Assembly: GCA_032123335.1 (NCBI GenBank)
Contig: JAQBFN010000051.1
Span: 1-39,995, forward strand
Source: Candidatus Micrarchaeota archaeon
Lineage (GTDB): Archaea > Micrarchaeota > Micrarchaeia > Anstonellales > Bilamarchaeaceae
Reading direction: 5' to 3'
DNA length: 39,995 nucleotides
The notes under the pieces are model-generated. The model did no database searches. It was not told where the DNA came from and worked only from the letters and a program-made list of their open reading frames with translations. Below are positions 18,053-25,557 of this stretch, in pieces. The translations under genes and the position numbers were made by a program. The first letter of the stretch is position 1, and each line of letters starts with the position of its first letter.

Positions 18053-19183
18053 ATGACTAAGAAAGAAGAGCCTAAAGAAGCTCAAGCTCCCTGTTGTTCA
18101 GGGGAAGGCAAAGTATGGCTGGTCGCTCTCCTGGGATTCCTTGTGGGTTTGCTTGTAATGTACATGGCAATGCCCATGCTGATAACCGGAGAGACAGTCA
18201 TAGTTGAAGGGCCTTCAACTGAAACGGGGGCGCAGGAAGAATTTACGCTGGACGAAAGCAAAGTTGCAGAAATTGGACAGCTTCTCGCAGACACCTACCT
18301 CCTGAACACAGGAGAGGATGTCGGAGTCACTTTCACAGGCTATGAGGTGTACCCGAATCACATCGCACTCTACTACACTGTGATGGACCAGGAAATGCCC
18401 CTCTACGTTTCAAAGGACTACGAGTACATTTACCCGAGTGCCATTGATAGGGCACAGATGGGAGTGGATGTTGCCACAGCAAAGGCACAGTACCTTGAAG
18501 CCCTTGCGAACCAGCCTGATGAGCCCGAGCTTGCGCCCGAGCCTGTAGGCTACCCGACTTCCGCAGAGCCAGAAGTATTCCTCTTTGTGATGAGCAACTG
18601 CCCGTACGGAAACCAGGCAGAGAACGGAATCGTTGATGTAATTGCACTCCTCGAGGATGAGATTGCATTCGAGCCCGTTTACGTTATCTACGATGAGAGT
18701 ATCCACCCCTCCTATAGTGCGGAGAGCGGAGAGTGCCTCGTGAATGAGGGTGTAACCTACTGCTCAATGCACGGGCTTTATGAGCTCGAGCAGGGCGTCA
18801 GGGAAAAGATGGTTTTCAACCGCTATGGGGAAGCCATGTGGGCAGAGTATGCAGCAGCAGTAAACGAAGTCTGCTTCGCAGGAGGCCAGGACATCGAGAC
18901 CTGCTGGAAGCTTGTTGCGGATGACCTCGGAATAGACACAACCGAAATCGAAGCGAACTATGATGCTGAGAAGTTCACAATCCTCGCAAGGGAGAAGGAC
19001 CTAACCTTCAGCACAGAAACATTCGGTTCACCTTCACTCACAATTAATGGTGTGAAGTATTCCGGTTCAAGGACACCCGCAGCATACCAGGAAGCAATCT
19101 GCAGCGCATTTGAAACAGAGCCAGCGGACTGCACTGCAGAGCTTGCAGAAACTGCAGAAGCGGCCGCAGGTTCCTGTGGATAA
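18053..19183 (+). CDS. Membrane-anchored, Cys-rich thioredoxin-fold (DsbA/GILT-like) protein
   Basis: N-terminal TM helix, LFVMSNCPYG, CSMHGLYE, cis-Pro loop GSPSLTING, ICSAF..PADC and terminal GSCG. GGTGA SD. Confidence 0.75.
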   Translation: MTKKEEPKEAQAPCCSGEGKVWLVALLGFLVGLLVMYMAMPMLITGETVIVEGPSTETGAQEEFTLDESKVAEIGQLLADTYLLNTGEDVGVTFTGYEVYPNHIALYYTVMDQEMPLYVSKDYEYIYPSAIDRAQMGVDVATAKAQYLEALANQPDEPELAPEPVGYPTSAEPEVFLFVMSNCPYGNQAENGIVDVIALLEDEIAFEPVYVIYDESIHPSYSAESGECLVNEGVTYCSMHGLYELEQGVREKMVFNRYGEAMWAEYAAAVNEVCFAGGQDIETCWKLVADDLGIDTTEIEANYDAEKFTILAREKDLTFSTETFGSPSLTINGVKYSGSRTPAAYQEAICSAFETEPADCTAELAETAEAAAGSCG

Positions 19184-19222
19184 ACTTCTTTTCTTTTTTC
19201 CTTTTCTTATTTTTCTCTTTTT
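19184..19222 (+). terminator. Archaeal oligo-T terminator
   Basis: TTCTTTTCTTTTTTCCTTTTC immediately after the TAA. Confidence 0.65.
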
Positions 19223-19282
19223 GCGTTATCCTTATTTTGCTTAAGTTTAAATAGTTGTCCCAAGTAAATATATGTGGATATT

Positions 19283-20563
19283 ATGCAAAGGGCAACACTC
19301 ATGGAAAAAAGCGCGGTTGCACGCAAGCTGGGCGGGGCAAAAATAATACGCGCGCATTCCCTTCCTGAGCGGCTTATTATGAGTGCAGAGATAGCCAGGG
19401 AATTGGGAAGGAGGAAACCAGAAAAATCCTGTGCTTCCAAGTATTTCCGGCTGGTAAAGGAAAAAAAGTTTTCCCATGTGCTCGCAGGGATTGCAATGAG
19501 GCATGGGCTCAGGAAGGAGCTCAGGGAAGCAATAGAGATTCATGCAGTAGGCGACCTTGAGCTTAAGTTCCGCCTGGATGGTGCTGAACAGCTTTTCCGC
19601 GCAGGAAAAAAAGAAGCAGCAAGGAAGGAAGTGCTTGAGGCAGTAAAATCCCTGCTCGCTGAAGCTGACCCAAGGATATCCCGTGCAATCTACATGATTT
19701 ACAGGCTCAGGTACTCGGAAGTAAAGCCTTTGGCAAGGCACGTTTTCAGGAAAAAGATGGAGGAGGGGAATTTTGATTCCGCATACCAGGTTGCAAACCA
19801 GTGGAGGCTCTGGGAAGAGCGGAAAAAAGCGGCATTGGCCTGCGTTCGCAGGGAGGCAAGGGCGGGGAATTTTGAAAAAGCGCGCCTGGTCGCAGGTGAA
19901 AGGGGGGTAGGGAAGAAAGCCCTCACCTCAGCAGCCAAGCAAATATTCTCCGAGCTAATGAATGAACAGGAATACGCATCCGCGCTTTCGGTTGCAAGGG
20001 AATTCAGGGTAAGGGGAGGGGTGGACGATGCAGTTCTCGCAATGTTTGAGTCCTGCATGGGCTCCGGGTCCTACTTTGATGCGGCCCAGCTGGCAAAAAA
20101 TTATGGAATGGAAACGGAAATGAAGGAAGCCGCGGCGCTGCTGATAGACTCGCGCAGAGAATCCAACCTTAATGCAGCAATCTCCCATGCAAAGGAATTT
20201 GGATTCCCCGAGCTTGCAAGGGACCTTGGAAAGAAGCTTATAGAGATACAGTTGCTCTTTGGGGACTACCCCGCTGCACTCTTCCTTGCAGAGGAGATGG
20301 GGGAGAGCACAAGGGAAATCGCCGCCATGTGGTTCCGCAAAGAGAAAGAGAATGGAAAAAAAGTGAAAGCAATTTACCTTGCAATAAAATATGGCCTGGA
20401 TGAAGAGAAACAGGAGTTGGGGAGGGAGATGTTTTTCAAGAGGCTCGGGGGAAAGGATTATTCCGGGGCAATGAAAATAGCTGAAACCTGCGGGCTTGAA
20501 GAGGAAAAGAAACTACTCTCCGAGCTCAAAAAATTCAGGGCAAAGTCCTCCCAGCCCCGCTAG
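19283..20563 (+). CDS. Alpha-solenoid repeat protein (about 8 repeats of about 33 aa)
   Basis: Recurring 'G-x-[FY]-x-x-A-x-x-[LVI]-A-x-x-[YF]-G' units. TTTAAATA at 19246-19253 favours ATG 19283 over GTG 19274. Confidence 0.75.
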   Translation: MQRATLMEKSAVARKLGGAKIIRAHSLPERLIMSAEIARELGRRKPEKSCASKYFRLVKEKKFSHVLAGIAMRHGLRKELREAIEIHAVGDLELKFRLDGAEQLFRAGKKEAARKEVLEAVKSLLAEADPRISRAIYMIYRLRYSEVKPLARHVFRKKMEEGNFDSAYQVANQWRLWEERKKAALACVRREARAGNFEKARLVAGERGVGKKALTSAAKQIFSELMNEQEYASALSVAREFRVRGGVDDAVLAMFESCMGSGSYFDAAQLAKNYGMETEMKEAAALLIDSRRESNLNAAISHAKEFGFPELARDLGKKLIEIQLLFGDYPAALFLAEEMGESTREIAAMWFRKEKENGKKVKAIYLAIKYGLDEEKQELGREMFFKRLGGKDYSGAMKIAETCGLEEEKKLLSELKKFRAKSSQPR

Positions 20564-20565
20564 CA

Positions 20566-22638
20566 TCAGCAGACTTTTCCATCACTTACTCTCCTTGTTT
20601 TAATTAGCTTATTCCCTGCAATCAGCTGCCTTCCTTCCGCAGAAACTTTCCAGTCCCTCACCTTAAACTTAACACTGCTGAATTCCTTGAAGGTTATCTG
20701 CTCCATGGGTTTGCTCCCAATCCATTGGGCAAGGACTTTCGCCCCCACTTCCGCCTCAGGCTCAAGCACTTCCACTCCATCCTCCGCGCTCTCCGCAACA
20801 AGCAGCATCCCCTCGGATTCCACCCCCCTTAATTTCGCAGGGGCCAGGTTCTTTACAATAACCACCTTCTTCCCCATAAGCTCTTCCGCAGAAATGTGCT
20901 CAACCAATCCGGAAACCACCTGCATCTCCCCGTCCCCAAGCTTCACTTTCTCCACATATAATTTTTCAGCATCAGGGTGCTTTTCAACAGAAACAATCTC
21001 CCCCACTTCCAGATCCAAATCCGCAAAGGAAACATCCTTTTTCTTTTCCACAGGAGTTTCCGCGGGTTTTTCCACAGGTGCAGGCTTCCCTGCAGCTTTC
21101 ACCGCAGGTGCAGCTTTCTTTGCCTCAATCTTGCTGAAAAGTATCGCGGGTTCCCCAAGCACGTGCCCGCCCTCAAGCGAAAGCTTCCCCAAATCATCCC
21201 ACTTACGCGCTTCAATCCCCAGCTGCTTAAAGATGCCTGAACTAGTGCCAGGAAGGTAAGGTTCACAAAGAATCCCAAGGTCCTTCACCTGGTTCGCAAG
21301 CACATGGAGCACAGCCCCTCCCCGTTCCTTATCTGTTTTAACAAGTTCCCAGGGCTTATTGTCCTGGAAGTACCTGTTTGAATTCTTCCCGAATTCCATC
21401 ATGTGCTGAAGCCCCTCCTTAATCTTCATTGCATCCATCGCCCCCTCAATCCTCCCAATTACCTCCTTCTGCTCCGCAAGGAATTTCTGGTCTCCCTCAC
21501 TAAGTTCCCCTGAAGGAACCTTCCCCTCAAAATTGTTTTTTATGAACACCATAGTGCGGTTAACCAAATTCCCAATATTCGCAATAAGCTCATTATTGTT
21601 CTTCTCAACCAGAACCCTTTCAGAAAAGTCCCCATCCTCAAAGGTAGGCACTTCACTCAACAAACAATACCTAACAGGCTCAGCCCCAAACTCCTTAATA
21701 AGCGCAAACGGGTCCACACTATTGCCGAGGGATTTGCTCATTTTCTGCCCTTCCACTGTAATGTACCCGTGCACAAAAATCGTCTTAGGGAGCGGAAGCC
21801 CCGCAGAAAGAAGCATCACCGGCCAGTAAATCGCATGGAACCTCAAAATCCCCTTCCCGATTACATGCACATCCGCAGGCCAGTACTTCCCAAACTCCGC
21901 CTCATCAATTCCATATCCAATCCCGGTAAGATATGTTCCAAGCGCATCAAACCACACATACATAATCTGGCTTTCATCCCCAGGAACAGGAACCCCCCAC
22001 CCATGCGCACGCTCCACAGAGCGGGAAATGCTGAAATCCTTCAACCCCCCGCGTATAAAGCTCAGCACCTCATTCTTCCTGGTTTCCGGAATCACCCTGA
22101 GCTCATCACTCTCAATAAGTTGCTCCAGCTTCTCCTGATAATTCGATAATTTGAAGAAATAGTTTTCCTCTTCAATAAGCTCCGGCGCTTTTTGGTGCTC
22201 AGGGCACAGCCCGTCCACCAGTTCGCTCTCCTCATAAAACGCCTCACACCCTACACAGTACAGCCCCCGGTATTTCTTTTTGTAAATATCCCCATTCTTG
22301 TCACAGAGTTCCCAGAGCCTCTGCACCCCTGGCCAGTGCTTCTCCTTATTGGAAGTGCGCTGAAAAGAAGTGTATGAAAGCCCCACCGCATCCGCCATTT
22401 TCCTGAAAATCTCAGCATTCTCAGCACAAAGCTGCTCAACAGTAATTCCGCGCTCCTCCGCAGCCTGCACATTCTTCAGGCTGTTTTCATCCGCGCCGGT
22501 AACCAGCGCCACATCCTTCTCCCGAAGCCTCTGGTAGCGCGCAAGCACGTCCGTCTGTATAAACTCAAGCGCATGCCCGATATGCGGTGCCGCATTTACA
22601 TATGGAATAGCAGTCGTAGTGTAAAACTTTTCAGACAC
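20566..22638 (-). CDS. metG: Methionine--tRNA ligase with C-terminal tRNA-binding OB domain
   Basis: PYVNAAPHIGH, YCVGCEAFY..CPEH knuckle, YVWFDAL, KMSKSLGN and C-terminal HPDAEKLY..LRGVESEGMLL. GTG start with GGGTGA SD. Confidence 0.96.
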   Translation of the reverse strand: MSEKFYTTTAIPYVNAAPHIGHALEFIQTDVLARYQRLREKDVALVTGADENSLKNVQAAEERGITVEQLCAENAEIFRKMADAVGLSYTSFQRTSNKEKHWPGVQRLWELCDKNGDIYKKKYRGLYCVGCEAFYEESELVDGLCPEHQKAPELIEEENYFFKLSNYQEKLEQLIESDELRVIPETRKNEVLSFIRGGLKDFSISRSVERAHGWGVPVPGDESQIMYVWFDALGTYLTGIGYGIDEAEFGKYWPADVHVIGKGILRFHAIYWPVMLLSAGLPLPKTIFVHGYITVEGQKMSKSLGNSVDPFALIKEFGAEPVRYCLLSEVPTFEDGDFSERVLVEKNNNELIANIGNLVNRTMVFIKNNFEGKVPSGELSEGDQKFLAEQKEVIGRIEGAMDAMKIKEGLQHMMEFGKNSNRYFQDNKPWELVKTDKERGGAVLHVLANQVKDLGILCEPYLPGTSSGIFKQLGIEARKWDDLGKLSLEGGHVLGEPAILFSKIEAKKAAPAVKAAGKPAPVEKPAETPVEKKKDVSFADLDLEVGEIVSVEKHPDAEKLYVEKVKLGDGEMQVVSGLVEHISAEELMGKKVVIVKNLAPAKLRGVESEGMLLVAESAEDGVEVLEPEAEVGAKVLAQWIGSKPMEQITFKEFSSVKFKVRDWKVSAEGRQLIAGNKLIKTRRVSDGKVC

Positions 22639-22686
22639 TTAAATCACCCTGGATGGGTGTACTTGCAGAACAAGATTTTAAATAAG

Positions 22687-22717
22687 GAATAGAAAAGAAG
22701 AATAGAAAAAGAAAAAA
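22687..22717 (-). terminator. Oligo-T terminator of rps8e
   Basis: Minus strand reads TTTTTTCTTTTTCTATTCTTCTTTTC directly after the stop. Confidence 0.6.
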
Positions 22718-22718
22718 T

Positions 22719-23102
22719 CTACTGCACAAGAACTCCGTTCACAAGGCCGTCCTGCCCAACCCTGTTGGTCACCTTCACCTTTCCAAGCGAAGTAGTCAGG
22801 ACTGCACCCTTGGTAATGATGTTCTGCCTTGCGTAGTGCGGGTTGTGGCTCTCCACAACACCCTCAATCTTCACGCGCTGGCTCTTTCCCTCAACAACTA
22901 CGTTCACAAATGCAGCCCTCTTTACGCGAGCACGGGTAGTTCCCCCACGCTTCCGCTGGGTTTCCCGCCTGGGCTCATCTGAAACCTTGGTTGAGGAAAA
23001 CACTCCACCCATGTGCGCAAGCTTCTTGTCCCTAGACTTGCCTTTCCTTCCTCCGCTTCCGGATGAAACTTTCTTTTTTCTGCCTCCGTGATATTCGTCC
23101 AT
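22719..23102 (-). CDS. rps8e: 30S ribosomal protein S8e
   Basis: SGSGGRK, RGG..RAR, NPHYARQNIITKGAV and VTNRVGQDGLVNGVL. ATG 23102 (or 23108). Confidence 0.95.
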   Translation of the reverse strand: MDEYHGGRKKKVSSGSGGRKGKSRDKKLAHMGGVFSSTKVSDEPRRETQRKRGGTTRARVKRAAFVNVVVEGKSQRVKIEGVVESHNPHYARQNIITKGAVLTTSLGKVKVTNRVGQDGLVNGVLVQ

Positions 23103-23183
23103 AAACATTCACCTACAATTATGATTATTAAGTTCATTTTATAGAAACATAACGTTTTAATACTGTGCGGTTAACTTCAGAAG

Positions 23184-23582
23184 ATGGAGGTAGAGCCTAT
23201 GATTGGAAACTTCTCAGATGAGCTCAAGGATGCACTCCTGGAAACGATGCAGGTTGAATTTACGGTTATTGATGCAAACGACAGGATTGTAGGCTGGAAC
23301 AAGCCCAAAACCCGCATTTTCCAGAGAAAGGAGGAAATAATCGGAAACGATGTGCGGGAATGCCACCCCAAGGAAAAATTAGGCAAGGTAAATCTGCTTC
23401 TTGAGGGGATGAAGGAAGGAAAAATCGACAAGATGGGCTACTGGAGTGAATTCGGCACAGAGAAGAAAAAAATCTGGGTTGAATACCGCGCCCTAAGGAA
23501 CAAGGAAGGCGAATACCTCGGGTGCGTTGAAACCAATCTGGAGCTGGAAGAAGCGGAAAAAAGCCAGGTGCAAACACCATGA
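23184..23582 (+). CDS. Stand-alone PAS-domain protein (PAS_10-like)
   Basis: FTVIDANDRIVGWN..RIF.R...IIG.DVRECHP and YRALRNKEGEYLGCVE. Confidence 0.8.
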   Translation: MEVEPMIGNFSDELKDALLETMQVEFTVIDANDRIVGWNKPKTRIFQRKEEIIGNDVRECHPKEKLGKVNLLLEGMKEGKIDKMGYWSEFGTEKKKIWVEYRALRNKEGEYLGCVETNLELEEAEKSQVQTP

Positions 23583-23974
23583 TTTTCATCCAGGGAAGCT
23601 CAAAACTATCCAAGGAAGAGCTCCTCAGCATCGCAGAAAAAGAAGGAATCCTCCTCCTCAACCCAAAAAAGGTAAACTCAGAGCAGGAACTACTGCTCGC
23701 AGAAAAGCTCACCCAAAACACAATAAAGGAAAAAAGAAACCTCGCAAAAAAGCCGGAAAAGGAATTCCTCCTATGGCTCTCAGCAAAAAAGGACATCTCA
23801 TCCGCACTAAACGAGTACGGTTTCCAAACCCCCAAAGAACTCATCCTAATCTCCTTCAAAAAAACCAAAGCCCAGCTCCTAAAACAATTCCACCTTAAGG
23901 AAACAAAACTAAAACTAAAGATGAAAGCAACCCCATTAGAAGTAGAAAGAATCTCGCTTTCAAGAACTATTTAG
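23579..23974 (+). CDS. cgi121: KEOPS complex subunit Cgi121
   Basis: 'V.S...L.LA......K...NLAK....EFLLWLSA...IS.AL..YG' pattern and C-terminal 'ERISL'. ATGA overlap with the PAS gene. Confidence 0.72.
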   Translation: MIFIQGSSKLSKEELLSIAEKEGILLLNPKKVNSEQELLLAEKLTQNTIKEKRNLAKKPEKEFLLWLSAKKDISSALNEYGFQTPKELILISFKKTKAQLLKQFHLKETKLKLKMKATPLEVERISLSRTI

Positions 23975-25457
23975 CGTTTGGCTCAGTAGACTCCAAACGC
24001 TCAAGCAGCACGTCCTCATCAATCGGAAGATCAATCCCCAGAAGTTTATGGATAAACATAAAGATCTCCACAATCCTCATCTTGTCATCAGAAGTCTGGT
24101 TCGCCATCTCCCTCAAATCCATGTCCTTCCCAATCAGTTGGTATAGCATAACTCCCTCGCGCCCATACTTCTTGTACACTGAATATCCATCTTCCCCATA
24201 CTTTCTCTTAATGTCCTCACGGGTCGTAGGGGCAAGCGTAATCATTCCCTCTTTTTCCAGGTAAGCAAGAATTTTGTACACGGTAAACAAAGGAATTCCG
24301 ATCTTCAAGGCAAGCTCAACCGCATCACGGTTCCCATCAATACGCTCGAACACCTGCACTCCTTCCCCCTTGAACTTAATCATCAAATTCGCTTTCATCT
24401 GTATTTCCCTGAGCATATTCCCTTTGGTGCGGGTGGGAACCTCAAGCGTAAACGCTTTCCCGAGTTCCCCACCTAAAGGCTTTACCGGCGTAGACCCTTC
24501 CTCAAGCATGGGCGCAAACCCAACCTCCTTGACCGTGGGCATTTTTGCAGTGGGGACCCCTGCCTTCTTTTTCGCCCCCGGGTGCTCAAGCTTGATTATT
24601 CCCTTCTTCTCCATGAAATCAAGCATCTCAATCAATTTAGTTTCAGTAACCCCGGTGGATTTCATTATCTCTTCCGCAGTCCTCTGCCCGTCAATCAGGT
24701 TGTAAACGTCAATTCCCACTTGCCCATATTCAGCCTTGATCTTTCTTTCCCCCGGAGTAAGGAAAATGTCTTCATCTTCCCCCTCATCTTCCTCCTCTTC
24801 CCCCTCTCTAGCCTCAGAAGGAGCAATCTCGTCCTCAACATCTTCCTCTTCATCATGAGGAGGCTCTTCCTCCAGGACAGGTTCTTCGTCTTCTTCAGCT
24901 TCTGATTCCAAATCAAGCGGAACTATTCCTCCTTTTCCCTCAGGTTCTTCCGGAGCAGCTTCCTCTTCTTCAGCAGGCTTCTCTTCCTCTTCAGGAATGG
25001 GTTCCTCTTTCTCAGCCTCAATTTCTGCACTGGGCGCAAGCGGCCCCTCCTCCTCTTCCTCTTCAATGGGCTCAATCTCAGCCGTTTCTTCCTCAGCTTC
25101 AATCTCTTCCTCAGGTGCCAGGGTTGCAGGAGTTTCCTCCTTCTCCCCCATAATGCCCTCAGGCTCGACCATCTCAGTCTCTTCATCAACTACCGGCTCT
25201 TCCTCCGTAACCCCCCCAACGGTTTCAATCATCCCCTTCTCCTTAAGAAAAGTAAGAATCTCAAAAAGCTGATCCTGCTCAACCTTTGTTTTCTCCATCA
25301 ATTCATCTATGCCGATCCCGCTTTTCCTTATCGCACGGTACACTTTGAGCCCTGGCTTCCCGAATTTCTTCAATACCCTGTTTTGGTTCTTGAATTTCTG
25401 CAAAGAATTCTTCTCAACCTTCCTGATTTCTTTGCCGAGCCCCGAATCTACTGCCAT
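23967..25457 (-). CDS. Hypothetical protein with four tandem winged-helix-like repeats and a long acidic linker
   Basis: Four units of the form '[FY]G..G..VY..IDG.R...E[IL]....G[VI]....L.E[IM]L.F[LM]...G.I'. ATG 25457 lies about 24 nt from CTTAATAA. Confidence 0.8.
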   Translation of the reverse strand: MAVDSGLGKEIRKVEKNSLQKFKNQNRVLKKFGKPGLKVYRAIRKSGIGIDELMEKTKVEQDQLFEILTFLKEKGMIETVGGVTEEEPVVDEETEMVEPEGIMGEKEETPATLAPEEEIEAEEETAEIEPIEEEEEEGPLAPSAEIEAEKEEPIPEEEEKPAEEEEAAPEEPEGKGGIVPLDLESEAEEDEEPVLEEEPPHDEEEDVEDEIAPSEAREGEEEEDEGEDEDIFLTPGERKIKAEYGQVGIDVYNLIDGQRTAEEIMKSTGVTETKLIEMLDFMEKKGIIKLEHPGAKKKAGVPTAKMPTVKEVGFAPMLEEGSTPVKPLGGELGKAFTLEVPTRTKGNMLREIQMKANLMIKFKGEGVQVFERIDGNRDAVELALKIGIPLFTVYKILAYLEKEGMITLAPTTREDIKRKYGEDGYSVYKKYGREGVMLYQLIGKDMDLREMANQTSDDKMRIVEIFMFIHKLLGIDLPIDEDVLLERLESTEPNAK

Positions 25458-25557
25458 CGCAGATACTTTTTCCACAATCCTTATTAAGCATACTCTTTTC
25501 GTGCAGAAATTCGGGTTTACCGGAATATTTTAAATATACGCGTAGGATAAACGTCTC

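Noticed and set aside
22645..22659. Hairpin CACCC/GGGTG that could sequester the metG SD
   Set aside because: Only 5 bp, and the 5' arm probably lies at or upstream of the expected TSS. No T-box or SAM riboswitch features.
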